This document shows, in pieces, positions 18,044 through 26,893 of a stretch of DNA of 64,000 nucleotides. The stretch is from NCBI GenBank assembly GCA_044866775.1, contig JBIOUG010000136.1, positions 7,709-71,708 on the forward strand, read 5' to 3'. The position numbers were made by a program, and so were the translations under genes. Under the pieces are notes generated by a model. It was not told the origin of the DNA. It did no database searches and saw only the letters and a program-made list of their open reading frames with translations. Position 1 is the stretch's first letter. Every line of letters starts with the position of its first letter. The DNA comes from Thermoanaerobaculia bacterium. Lineage in GTDB: Bacteria > Acidobacteriota > Thermoanaerobaculia > Multivoradales > UBA5704.

Positions 18044-18703
18044 ATGGCGACAACTCTCGGCACCAGGACCGACGTCGCGAGGGGGCTGCGCCGGACACCG
18101 GTCGTCGGGGTCGTCCGCACCGGCTCCCCCGAGGAAGCCCTCCGGCAGGCCCGCGCCTTCGCCGCCGCCGGCCTCGAGCTGGTGGAGGTCACCTTCACCG
18201 TCCCCGGGGCGCCGCGGCTCATCCGCGACTTGATCGCCGCCCGCGGCGGCGACGGCCCCCCCTTCTACGGCGCCGGGACCGTGACCACCGCGGCGCGGGC
18301 GCGCGAGGCGGTCGCGGCCGGGGCCGAGTTCCTGGTCACCCCGAACGTGGCGCCGGAGGTGGCCGCCGAGGCCCGCCGGGCGGACCTCTTCCTCGTCTTG
18401 GGCGCCCTGACCCCGACCGAGATCGTCGCGGCCCAGGAGCTGGGCGCGGACGTGGTCAAGGTCTACCCCCTGCCGGCGGTCGGCGGCGCGGCCTACCTCG
18501 CAACCGTCCGGCAGCCCCTAGGCGACGTCCCCATGCTCGCCGCCGGCGGCTTCGGCGTCGAGGAGATCCCGGCCTACCGCGCCGCCGGCGCGGCGGCCTT
18601 CGGCATGGGGCCGCCGCTCGTCGGCGCCGATGCCGAGGAGACGCGCCGGCGGGTGACGCGGGCCATCGAGCTGGCGCGGGGCGGCGGGGACGGAGCGCGA
18701 TGA
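18044..18703 (+). CDS. eda: KDPG/KHG aldolase family protein
   Basis: I trimmed the start to the ATG at 18044 (MATTLGTR...). VVGVVRTGSPEEA...GLELVEVTFTVPGA...GAGTV...AGAEFLVTPN...GADVVKVYP match Eda. The upstream part of the track ORF reads through the 230-nt repeat. Confidence 0.8.
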   Translation: MATTLGTRTDVARGLRRTPVVGVVRTGSPEEALRQARAFAAAGLELVEVTFTVPGAPRLIRDLIAARGGDGPPFYGAGTVTTAARAREAVAAGAEFLVTPNVAPEVAAEARRADLFLVLGALTPTEIVAAQELGADVVKVYPLPAVGGAAYLATVRQPLGDVPMLAAGGFGVEEIPAYRAAGAAAFGMGPPLVGADAEETRRRVTRAIELARGGGDGAR

Positions 18704-19122
18704 GCACGAACACGCCGCCACCACGCCAGATCGTCTTCGACCCCACGCCCGAGATCTTCGCCACCGACACGGCGGGCAGCTTCTCGTTCCCGCTGATCGT
18801 CGCGGCGAAGGCCTATCTGCCGACCAGCGCCTACGACGAGGTGCGGTTCGTCTTCTCCGTCTGGCACCCTTCGGGGCAGCGGACGATCGACCTCGACCGC
18901 GCCTACGTCGAGCTGCGCGCCTCCTTCGACCCCGACGACGAGCACTGGACCAAGATCGCCGAGATCGAGCCCGTCGTGCCGCCCTACGCCGGCGGCGACA
19001 GCTTCGACGGCTGGATCGTCCTCCCCATCCTCGGCGCCGTCTCGGCCTTCAGCCTGGTGGGCAGCGGCTTCGAGTCGCGGGCGCGCCTCCAGGTGCGCGC
19101 CAGCGCCTATCTGGTGCCGTGA
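18700..19122 (+). CDS. hypothetical protein (140 aa), translationally coupled on both sides
   Basis: ATGA overlap with the eda stop (18700-18703) and GTGA overlap with the next start (19119-19122). Protein-like composition. Confidence 0.6.
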   Translation: MSTNTPPPRQIVFDPTPEIFATDTAGSFSFPLIVAAKAYLPTSAYDEVRFVFSVWHPSGQRTIDLDRAYVELRASFDPDDEHWTKIAEIEPVVPPYAGGDSFDGWIVLPILGAVSAFSLVGSGFESRARLQVRASAYLVP

Positions 19123-20342
19123 ACCAGATCGAGCTCCTCTCGCGCCTCGCCCAGCCCGCGGCGAGCCGGATCGTGCTGCTGGTGATCGACGGGCTGGGCG
19201 ACATCCGCACCGCCGCGCAGACCGCCACCGCGCTCGAACGCGCCAACCTGCCCAATCTCGACGCCCTGGCCGCGCGCTCGGCCCTGGGGCGGATCGTCCC
19301 GGTCGCCCAGGGGGTGACCCCCGGCAGCGGCCCCGGGCACCTGGCGCTCTTCGGCTACGACCCGATGCTGCCGGAGCACGACATCGGCCGCGGCGTCCTC
19401 GAGGCGATGGGGGCGGGGATCCGCCTCGGCCCGCACGACGTCGCGGCGCGCGGCAACTTCGCCACCGCCGACGCCGCCGGCAACCTGACCGACCGGCGGG
19501 CGGGGCGCATCTCGACCGAGGAGTGCCGCCGCCTCGTCGAGGTGATGCGCGCGGCGCTCGCCGCCGAGCCGGTGCCGGGGCTCGAGGTCGAGATCGTCGC
19601 CGGCGAGGGGCACCGCTTCGTGCTGATCTTGAAGGGCGACGACCTCTCGCCCGCGGTCTCGGACACCGATCCGCAGCGGCTGGGTGTGCCGCCGCTCTCC
19701 CCGGAGGCCGAAGAGTCGAGGGCGCGGCACACGGTCGAGCGGCTGCGACGGGCGATCGCGATCATGGAGCGGGCGATCGCCGGCGAGCCCAAGGCCAACC
19801 GGATCCTGCTGCGCGGCTTCTCCAGGCTCCCTCACCTGCCCGATATGGACGAGCTCTACGGCCTGCGCTGCGGCGCCTTCGCGGGCTACCCGCTCTACCG
19901 CGGCGTGGCGGCGGCCTGCGGCATGGAGGTCGTGCCCTGCGGCAAGAAGCCGGCCGAGACGCTCGACGCCGTGCTCGCGAGCTGGGAGCGCTTCGACCTC
20001 TTCTTCGTGCACGTCAAGCAGGCCGACGCCGCCGGCGAGGACGGCGACCTCGACGCCAAGGTGCGGGTGCTCGAGGACGTCGACCGGGAGCTGCCGCGCC
20101 TGCTCGAGCGGCGCCCCGACGTGGTGGCGGTCACCGGCGACCACTCGACGCCGGCGCCGATGAAGCTGCACAGTTGGCACCCGGTGCCGCTGCTCCTCCA
20201 CGGCCCCTATTGCTTCGTCGACGGCTCGACGGAGTTCACCGAGACGGCCGCCGCCCGCGGCCATCTCGGGACCGTGCCGTCGTACCACCTGATGGGGCTG
20301 CTGCTCGCCAACGCCGGGCGGCTGGCGAAGTTCGGGGCCTAG
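19119..20342 (+). CDS. cofactor-independent phosphoglycerate mutase, archaeal-type (ApgM) / related proposed homoserine kinase family
   Basis: LLVIDGLGD...TPGSGPGHLALFGYDP...GNFAT...VHVKQADAAGEDGD...VTGDHSTP. The ApgM and alternative-ThrB subfamilies cannot be told apart by eye. Confidence 0.75.
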   Translation: MNQIELLSRLAQPAASRIVLLVIDGLGDIRTAAQTATALERANLPNLDALAARSALGRIVPVAQGVTPGSGPGHLALFGYDPMLPEHDIGRGVLEAMGAGIRLGPHDVAARGNFATADAAGNLTDRRAGRISTEECRRLVEVMRAALAAEPVPGLEVEIVAGEGHRFVLILKGDDLSPAVSDTDPQRLGVPPLSPEAEESRARHTVERLRRAIAIMERAIAGEPKANRILLRGFSRLPHLPDMDELYGLRCGAFAGYPLYRGVAAACGMEVVPCGKKPAETLDAVLASWERFDLFFVHVKQADAAGEDGDLDAKVRVLEDVDRELPRLLERRPDVVAVTGDHSTPAPMKLHSWHPVPLLLHGPYCFVDGSTEFTETAAARGHLGTVPSYHLMGLLLANAGRLAKFGA

Positions 20343-20366
20343 CGCCCGGCCTACGTGCCGGGCGCT
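20339..20366 (-). repeat. partial REP-like copy (type 2, lacks the T-run flank)
   Basis: CTAGCGCCCGGCCTACGTGCCGGGCGCT overlaps the stop codon of the preceding gene. Confidence 0.7.
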
Positions 20367-20374
20367 CCAGCCTG

Positions 20375-20821
20375 TTACCGCTCCTTCGGGATCACCGAGA
20401 TCCCGCCGTTGCGCTCGAGCACGGCGTACTTGATCTGATCCAGCCGCTCCAGCCCCTGGAGCTGGCGGGCGGCGTGGAGCACGTCGTCCTCGTCGATCAT
20501 CGAGCGGTCGAGGTGCTCGCGGATGGGCTTGCCGTCCTCGACGACGACGAGCGGCAGCCCCTCGGTCACCCGCTTGACGGTCTCGGAGCGCTCCTTGAGC
20601 CAGGCGAGGGCCTGGTCGAGCACGAACAGCGTCAGGATCAGCAGGCCCGCGCCCGTGACCGAGAAGTCCTCGCCGAGCAGGGCCTGCTGCGTCGTCTCGC
20701 TGATGATCAGCAGCAGGACGAAGTCGAAGGTCGTCACCTGCGACAGCGACCGCTGGCCGGTCACCCGGAAGACGAGGAGCAGGAAGAGGTAGACGGCGGC
20801 GCCGCGGAGCACGGAGTCCAT
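20375..20821 (-). CDS. DUF421 (YetF-like) membrane protein
   Basis: LLLVFRVTGQRSLSQVTTFDFVLLLIISE... followed by a C-terminal soluble half, typical of DUF421. Confidence 0.7.
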   Translation of the reverse strand: MDSVLRGAAVYLFLLLVFRVTGQRSLSQVTTFDFVLLLIISETTQQALLGEDFSVTGAGLLILTLFVLDQALAWLKERSETVKRVTEGLPLVVVEDGKPIREHLDRSMIDEDDVLHAARQLQGLERLDQIKYAVLERNGGISVIPKER

Positions 20822-20836
20822 GGCCGGCCTCCTTGG

Positions 20837-21358
20837 TCAGGGGTAGACGAACTGTGAGAGCGCGAGCGACGGGCCGCCGGCCACGCCCAGCGTGGCGCGC
20901 GCCGGCCCGATCCGCTCCGGCTTGAAGTCGACGACGACGTCGAATGAGGTGCCGGGCCGCGCCACAGGGAAGACCAGCCACAGCCGGTCGGGCGTCGGGA
21001 CCATTGTCTCCGGCTCGGGGACCGTCTGCTCGTAGTGCATGCGCTCGACGTAGCGCGGATGCACCCAGAGCCGGACCTCGCGCCCGGCGGCGGCGCGCGG
21101 GCCGATCCGCAGGGTCAGCCGGTTCTTTCCCTCGAGACGCAGGAAGCGGTCGTACTCGACCGTCAGGCTCGCCGGCTCACCGGCGGTCGTCCTGCTCAGG
21201 AGCCCTCGACCGAAGAGCCCGGCCAGGGCGGCGAGCACCACGAGGATCATGACCACGCGCGCGACTGCCTGCACCCGCCACTCGCGGCGCTGGAAGTCCA
21301 TGTCCTGATTGATCTCGAGGCTGGGATCCCGCTCCCGCGGCTCCTCCGGCTGGGCCAT
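20837..21358 (-). CDS. hypothetical single-pass membrane protein
   Basis: I chose the start MAQPEEPR at 21358; the track start is 21394. One TM segment (VARVVMILVVLAALAGLF) and protein-like composition. Confidence 0.55.
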   Translation of the reverse strand: MAQPEEPRERDPSLEINQDMDFQRREWRVQAVARVVMILVVLAALAGLFGRGLLSRTTAGEPASLTVEYDRFLRLEGKNRLTLRIGPRAAAGREVRLWVHPRYVERMHYEQTVPEPETMVPTPDRLWLVFPVARPGTSFDVVVDFKPERIGPARATLGVAGGPSLALSQFVYP

Positions 21359-21411
21359 CGCGCACCCTCCGCCCTGCGCGCGGGGGTGCAGCAAGCTTCA
21401 GGCCACGGCCG

Positions 21412-23148
21412 TCAGGGAAGCGGGGACACCACGCCGGCGCCGGCGTGCGGCGCGGTGCCGCGCGGATCGGTGGCGGCCTCGAAGCCGCCGGCGGCGAGAC
21501 GCCGTACGGCGGTGAGCTTGGGCCGGTCGCGCTCCTTGGTCAGCACGATCGCGTGGCCGCGGCGCTCGAGCTCGGCGCGGGTCTCGGGGGCGAGGGCGTC
21601 GGCCTCGACTTCCAAACGGTCGGGGAGCCACTGGTGGTGGATGCGCGGGCGGGAGAGGGCGTCGGTGAGGGTGTCGCCGTCGACGAGGAGGGCGAGGAGG
21701 GCCTGCGCGACCGAGGTCGGGATGCGCGGGCCGCCGCGGCCGCCGAGGGCCAGCGCCTCGCCCTTGCGCCAGGCGACCACCGGGGTCATCGAGGAGAGCA
21801 TCCGCTTGCCGGGGGCGATCGTGTTGGCGTCGCCCATGACCAGGCCGTTCAGGTTCGGGCGACCGGGCGCGGTGACGAAGTCGTCCATCTCGTCGTTCAG
21901 GAAGAATCCGGCGCCGGGGACGTAGAGGCCGCAGCCGAAGAGGTCGTTGACGGTCGTGGTGAGGGCCACCAGGTTGCCGGCGCCGTCGACGACCGAGAGG
22001 TGGGTGGTGTCGGTCGACTCCGGCGAAGTGGCGGTGGTCGCGGCCCAGCCGCCCCAGGGCGCCACCTCGGCCGAGGGCGCGGCCCTGCCGCGCTCGACCC
22101 CGGCGGCCAGGGCGTCGAGCCGGCGGGCCGCCAGCAGCTCGGCGGTCGTGGCGCGGCTGGTCGCCGGGTCGCCGAGCAGGGCGCGGTCGGCGAAGGAGCG
22201 GCGGAAGCTCTCGGCGAGGAGGTGCCAGCGGTCGCTGCCGCGGCGCGGGAAGCTCCCCCAGCCGAGGCGCTCGAGGGCGCCCAGGGTCTCGCCGAGGACG
22301 ACGCCGCCCGAGGACGGGAGCCCCATGGCCGCCAGCTCCCAGCCGAAGGCGCTGAAGCGCACCGGCTCGCGCCAGACCGGGCGGTAGGCGGCGAGGTCGG
22401 CGGCGCGGAGGACGCCATGGTGCGCGCGCGAGGCCGCCTCGATCGCCGCGGCGACCCGGCCCTCGGTGATGCCGGCGGGGCCGCGCTCGGCGTAGAGCGT
22501 CAGGGTGGCGGCGAGGTCCGGGAGGCGCAGGGTGCTGCCGGCGACGAGGGGCTCGCCGTCCGGGAACCAGAGCTGCGCCGTCTCCGGGAAGCGCGTCAGG
22601 AGCTTGCGCTCGCGCTCGAGGACGTCGTGGAGCTGGGTGCTGACGCGGAAGCCGTCGGCTGCCAGACGTATCGCGGGCGCCACGACGCGCGCCCAGGGCA
22701 GGCGGCCGTGGCGGCGGTGGAGCTCGTGGAGACCGGCGGGCGAGCCGGGGACGCCGGCGGCGAGGGGGCCGGCGGTGGAGGCGTCGGGCACGCGCTCGCC
22801 CTGGGCGTCGACGAACATGGTGCGATGGGCGGCGGCGGGGGCGGTCTCGCGGAAGTCGAGGGTGGTGACCTCCTTGCCGACCTTGACGACGGCGAAGCCG
22901 CCGCCGCCGAGGTTGCCGGCCTCCGGGAAGACGACGGCGAGGGCGAGGGCGGTGGCGACGGCGGCGTCGACGGCGTTGCCGCCGGCGCGGAGGATGTCGA
23001 GGCCGGCCTGGGTCGCGAGCGGCTGCTCGGAGGCTACGGCGCCGCCGGCGCCGCGGGCGGGAGGCGGGACGGCGGCGGGGAGGGGCGGCGAGGAGAGGGC
23101 GGCGAGGAGGAGCGCAGTGGCGAGGGCCAGCGACGACGTGAGGCGCAT
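21412..23148 (-). CDS. ggt: gamma-glutamyltranspeptidase
   Basis: Signal peptide MRLTSSLALATALLLA. GGNAVDAAVA...PEAGNLGGGGF...DTTHLSVVDGAGN (autocleavage Thr)...GGPRIPTSV. Confidence 0.9.
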   Translation of the reverse strand: MRLTSSLALATALLLAALSSPPLPAAVPPPARGAGGAVASEQPLATQAGLDILRAGGNAVDAAVATALALAVVFPEAGNLGGGGFAVVKVGKEVTTLDFRETAPAAAHRTMFVDAQGERVPDASTAGPLAAGVPGSPAGLHELHRRHGRLPWARVVAPAIRLAADGFRVSTQLHDVLERERKLLTRFPETAQLWFPDGEPLVAGSTLRLPDLAATLTLYAERGPAGITEGRVAAAIEAASRAHHGVLRAADLAAYRPVWREPVRFSAFGWELAAMGLPSSGGVVLGETLGALERLGWGSFPRRGSDRWHLLAESFRRSFADRALLGDPATSRATTAELLAARRLDALAAGVERGRAAPSAEVAPWGGWAATTATSPESTDTTHLSVVDGAGNLVALTTTVNDLFGCGLYVPGAGFFLNDEMDDFVTAPGRPNLNGLVMGDANTIAPGKRMLSSMTPVVAWRKGEALALGGRGGPRIPTSVAQALLALLVDGDTLTDALSRPRIHHQWLPDRLEVEADALAPETRAELERRGHAIVLTKERDRPKLTAVRRLAAGGFEAATDPRGTAPHAGAGVVSPLP

Positions 23149-23225
23149 CCTCAGAGTCTCGCACACAGACTCCTCGCTGCGGGCTCAGGAGCACTGAGCC
23201 GAATCACGCACCGTGTCGAGCGAAC

Positions 23226-25529
23226 TTACCCACCGGGCCCGGGACGACACTTCGCCTCTACGACCGTGGCCTTGACCGTGGCTCGTCCTTCGAAACCGCG
23301 ATCATCACGCACGAGCAACTGGATCGTGTGCTCGCCGATCGGCAGACTGACGGCAGGCCGCACCCCCGTGACCGTGCCGAAGGGCCCAGACCACTCGAAG
23401 GTGAGTGGATGAGCGGGGTCGTTGGTGGACCGAAGTCCGTTCAGAGTGACCATTGCTTTGCCGCTCCTGTCGGCCACGGCGGTGCGATTCTTGCCGGCAT
23501 GGGCGACTGGCACCGCGGCGGTGGTGGCATTGCCGAGCTCGTCGGTCAAGCTCACACTGAGCGAGACGGGAGTCGAGGAGTCAGGGGTGCCCACTTGGCC
23601 GGTGTAGCTGGTGTCGCTCAGAAAATCGCCGCTGACGTAGCGCAGCAGCAGCGGCATACGGTCGAAGAACGCGACGAACGGGAAGGCCAGCACCTCCTGC
23701 AGGCCAGGTGCAGCATCGCGGGCGGTCACTTCGAGGGTCACGCCGTTCGGCGTGCGGAGGGTGCTGCTGCCGGCAAGCACCGGCGGGTCGCTGTCCTTGG
23801 CGAAGTGGAGCACGCTCGAGACCAGCACCTCCTCGGTATCGGCCCTGTAGACGAGCAGCGTGGCCCGTCCCATGAAGCCCGTGGGCAGATCATCGGGAAA
23901 GTTCAGCCGCACTCGCGCCGGGTTATCACGGCCGCCGAGCAGAGTGAACAGCTCGCGCACGCGGATCTCCGGCTGCGCAGTACCCCCTGGGGCGGATTCC
24001 AAGATGATCGGCCCGATATGGCCGAACAGGTGCTCCTCGAGGTTGTCGTCCCAGATCACGTCCAGGAACACGCGGGTATCCTTCCCGCCCGGCCCCATGA
24101 CCTCGGCATTCGACAGCTCCGTCACCACCTCCACCGGCGAGGCGACCTTTGCGGTGGTGAGGTTGTTCCACGTCCATACCACCTTGCCTACATCGGGCGC
24201 CACGCTCGGACCGGAGAAACCCTCGCCGAAGGTCACGTTGAAGCCGCTGGGACAAAGGAACGGCCGGTAACCGATGTCGTAGAAGATGTCGGTGTAGAGC
24301 TGCGTGTGGTGACCTCCCAGCTCGGCGAGTCGCTTGCGGATCTCTTCGCTGGTCAAGCCGCCGAGTCGGTCTTCGGCTAATAGGCGCGCGTCGAGATCCG
24401 CGATCCTCACCGAGCGCACGTACTCCGCCCTCCCTGCGCCCTCCGTCCCTGCCGCGGGAACCATGAGCACATCGTCCGGCACTCCTGCCGGCGGCGCCGG
24501 CACGCTCGGGCAGGACGGCTCTCCGGTCTGTAGGAGGTTGGAGAACCGGATTGCGCCATGTGGATGAGATGCGCCGCCAAGGGGATCGCAGTCGGCCAGT
24601 CCGTCTCCGGACTCGAAGATGTAATGCGTCAAGGCGTAGCGGGTGCAGCGGGAAGGCTTAGAGCAGTCGCGTGGGCCAAGGGCTGCGAAGTTCTCGGGGA
24701 CGTTGAGCATCGTACAGATGGCGAGCTCGTGGGGAGCGGAACCGAAGTTGAGAGCTACGACTGTGAGGATCAGCTTCCGATCAGGCGTGCCGGGCGGGTC
24801 GATGGTGAGCTTCGAGAGGTAGCTGACATCCTGGCCGGGGCACTTATCCTCATCAGGACGCTCTGAGCGGTCCTCAAAGCTCCGACATGGCGTCGGTGCG
24901 GCATTGAGCGGGAACCCGGAGGGGACTTGCCTGACGACGTACACCAGATCGTTGAAGTCCAGGTCGGAGATCGGCCTGGCCGCGTCTTCCCACTCGAACA
25001 GCCAGGTCCCGGGAAAGATCTTGCTGGTCCGCAGGTGATCGAGCATCCCGTCGCTGTTCTTCGCCTCGTCGGAGGACCACACCTGATCGACCGTCCCGTT
25101 GCGGTCCGTGTCCGAGTGAAGGTTCGTCGCCAAGGCGTCGCCGGCGTCCATCGTGCCGAGATCCGTCTCCTTCAGCTCGATGCAGCGACAATTGAACTCT
25201 TCCTTGTCCCCCTGCGGGCACCCTGAGCAAGTTTGGGTGTCGAAGAAACACCCTGGGATCTCCGTGCTGCCCACCTTGCACCTGAGCCCAGCGATGGTGG
25301 GGTTGGTCGGAGAGGCGATCTGGATCGCGTTGCGGAAGAACGCCTTGCTGAAGAGGATCTGGGCGGCGACCGGCCCGGTCGTTTCCAACGACACCGAGCC
25401 GTCGGGGTTCTCGTCCGGTTGACTCGCCGCAACCGGGCTGGCCGAGATGCATGCCAAGGCGCATGCCACAACCGCCGTGAACCTGGCGGTTCCGCGCTGG
25501 AGAGGCTGGCTAGGCCCGACGCCGTTCAT
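23226..25529 (-). CDS. large secreted protein: DUF4114-like N-terminal region, unknown core, PKD/Ig-like C-terminal domain
   Basis: Signal peptide. WLFEWEDAARPISDLDFNDLVYVV is DUF4114-like. The C-terminal LTFEWSGPFGTVTGVRPAVSLPIGEHTIQLLVRDDRGFEGRATV is PKD-like. The gene is AT-richer than its flanks (58% in a hand-counted line). Confidence 0.7.
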   Translation of the reverse strand: MNGVGPSQPLQRGTARFTAVVACALACISASPVAASQPDENPDGSVSLETTGPVAAQILFSKAFFRNAIQIASPTNPTIAGLRCKVGSTEIPGCFFDTQTCSGCPQGDKEEFNCRCIELKETDLGTMDAGDALATNLHSDTDRNGTVDQVWSSDEAKNSDGMLDHLRTSKIFPGTWLFEWEDAARPISDLDFNDLVYVVRQVPSGFPLNAAPTPCRSFEDRSERPDEDKCPGQDVSYLSKLTIDPPGTPDRKLILTVVALNFGSAPHELAICTMLNVPENFAALGPRDCSKPSRCTRYALTHYIFESGDGLADCDPLGGASHPHGAIRFSNLLQTGEPSCPSVPAPPAGVPDDVLMVPAAGTEGAGRAEYVRSVRIADLDARLLAEDRLGGLTSEEIRKRLAELGGHHTQLYTDIFYDIGYRPFLCPSGFNVTFGEGFSGPSVAPDVGKVVWTWNNLTTAKVASPVEVVTELSNAEVMGPGGKDTRVFLDVIWDDNLEEHLFGHIGPIILESAPGGTAQPEIRVRELFTLLGGRDNPARVRLNFPDDLPTGFMGRATLLVYRADTEEVLVSSVLHFAKDSDPPVLAGSSTLRTPNGVTLEVTARDAAPGLQEVLAFPFVAFFDRMPLLLRYVSGDFLSDTSYTGQVGTPDSSTPVSLSVSLTDELGNATTAAVPVAHAGKNRTAVADRSGKAMVTLNGLRSTNDPAHPLTFEWSGPFGTVTGVRPAVSLPIGEHTIQLLVRDDRGFEGRATVKATVVEAKCRPGPGG

Positions 25530-25853
25530 AGCCTTGCCTTTCTGTTCTTTGAGTACGAAAATATCTTACCACAAACAGTGCGGCGTGTCACCCGCCCGGG
25601 AGTGCTGGTCCTCAATGATCCGGCGACATCGCGGAGGATGGCGAGGTCACCCGGCGCGCGGGGGGCGCGCTCGCGCATGCCGTCGACCAATCGAGATAGG
25701 GGGCAGCGGGCTTAGCTCCGCTGCTCCCCTCCCACACCACCGGCGAGGGCCAGCGCCGCGAGGACGGCGAGACGGCGGGCGCGGCGCATGCCGGCAGTCT
25801 CGCATAGGCGGCGCCCTCGGCGCCGCCGCCGGATCACTGGCGCCGGCCCGAGG

Positions 25854-26054
25854 TCATCCCGCCCTCTCGACGCGCACGTCCGCATCGCCCCAGCGGTCGC
25901 GGACGACCGTCACCTGCCAGGGGTTGCAGCAGATCTCGCAGTCCTGGACGAAGGACCCCCAGACGTCGGGCTCGAGCGTCATCTCGACGCGCTCGCCGCA
26001 CCAGGGGCACTGTACCTCGATCCGGTCGGCCCAGTAGCCGTCGCGCTCACGCAT
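25854..26054 (-). CDS. CPXCG-motif cysteine-rich small protein (66 aa)
   Basis: The ATG at 26054 gives MRERDGYWADRIEVQCPWCGERVEMTLEPDVWGSFVQDCEICCNPWQVTVV.... The rest of track ORF 25854..26768 is out-of-frame junk over the next gene. Confidence 0.7.
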   Translation of the reverse strand: MRERDGYWADRIEVQCPWCGERVEMTLEPDVWGSFVQDCEICCNPWQVTVVRDRWGDADVRVERAG

Positions 26055-26128
26055 GGCTGGAAGACGGCGCACAAGCGCGAGGACCCGGCCGCGGCCGGGT
26101 CCTCGGTCACTCCGCGGAAGCGTGCCGT

Positions 26129-26749
26129 CTACAGGTCGGCGGCCTTGATGCTGGCGACGAGCTGCTGGATGACCGGCTTCATGACCTTGTCGAACATCCG
26201 GTCGTCGTCGACACCGCCGCCGAAGCCGCCGACGTTGACCTTGACGCTGCTCTCCTCGCCGCGCGCCTCGTCGGCCCACAGGATCTCGCCGGTCGAGGTG
26301 TCGATCAAGCGGGCGTTCATCGCCGCGACGAAGTTGCGCTTGCCGGCCGAGAAGCCGGGCAGGCGCCTGATGCCCGGCGCGTGGGCGCCGACGTCGGTCA
26401 CCCCGTACTCGGTGACGGCGCCGGTCAGCAGGTAGTTGACGCCGAGGAGCTTGCCGATCCGCACCGCGGTCGAGGGGTCGAGGTCGCCCGAGAGGGTGAG
26501 GTTCTTCTCCTGCATCAGCGCCGCGAGCTGCTCGCGCTCGACGACCCGGAACTTGCCGCTCTTGACCAGCTCGGTGACGAAGACGTCCTGGGCGGCCGCG
26601 GAGCCGTTGTGGTACCACCACTGGTTCTCGGCCTTGCTCTTGAACTCGAGCACCGCGATGCGGGGCTTGCTGGTGTCGGCGGCGAACGCCGGCAGCGTCG
26701 CCACCGCCAGCAGGGCGGCGATGAGCAGGAAACTCGGGACACGCTTCAT
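26129..26749 (-). CDS. CsgG/HfaB-family periplasmic/outer-membrane component-like protein
   Basis: Signal peptide. RIAVLEFKSK...FRVVEREQLAALMQEKNLTLSGDLDPSTAVRIGKLLGVNYLLTGAVTEY. Confidence 0.7.
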   Translation of the reverse strand: MKRVPSFLLIAALLAVATLPAFAADTSKPRIAVLEFKSKAENQWWYHNGSAAAQDVFVTELVKSGKFRVVEREQLAALMQEKNLTLSGDLDPSTAVRIGKLLGVNYLLTGAVTEYGVTDVGAHAPGIRRLPGFSAGKRNFVAAMNARLIDTSTGEILWADEARGEESSVKVNVGGFGGGVDDDRMFDKVMKPVIQQLVASIKAADL

Positions 26750-26893
26750 GACTCTGTTCTCCTGACAACTTGGAGCCGGTCCGCCGGCTCCGGGGGTTTC
26801 GGATCCACGTTCGGGAGGCGGGATTGTACCGCGTTTTGGCCGCCGGCGCGCGGCCGGGTCGCGGTTTGACCCTCCGCCGGGGGCGGACTAACC

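Noticed and set aside
25713-25790. A 25-codon minus-strand mini-ORF (MRRARRLAVLAALALAGGVGGEQRS) followed by a hairpin near 25703-25733.
   Set aside because: It looks like a bare signal peptide. It is too short and has no supporting context, so it is likely chance or a remnant.
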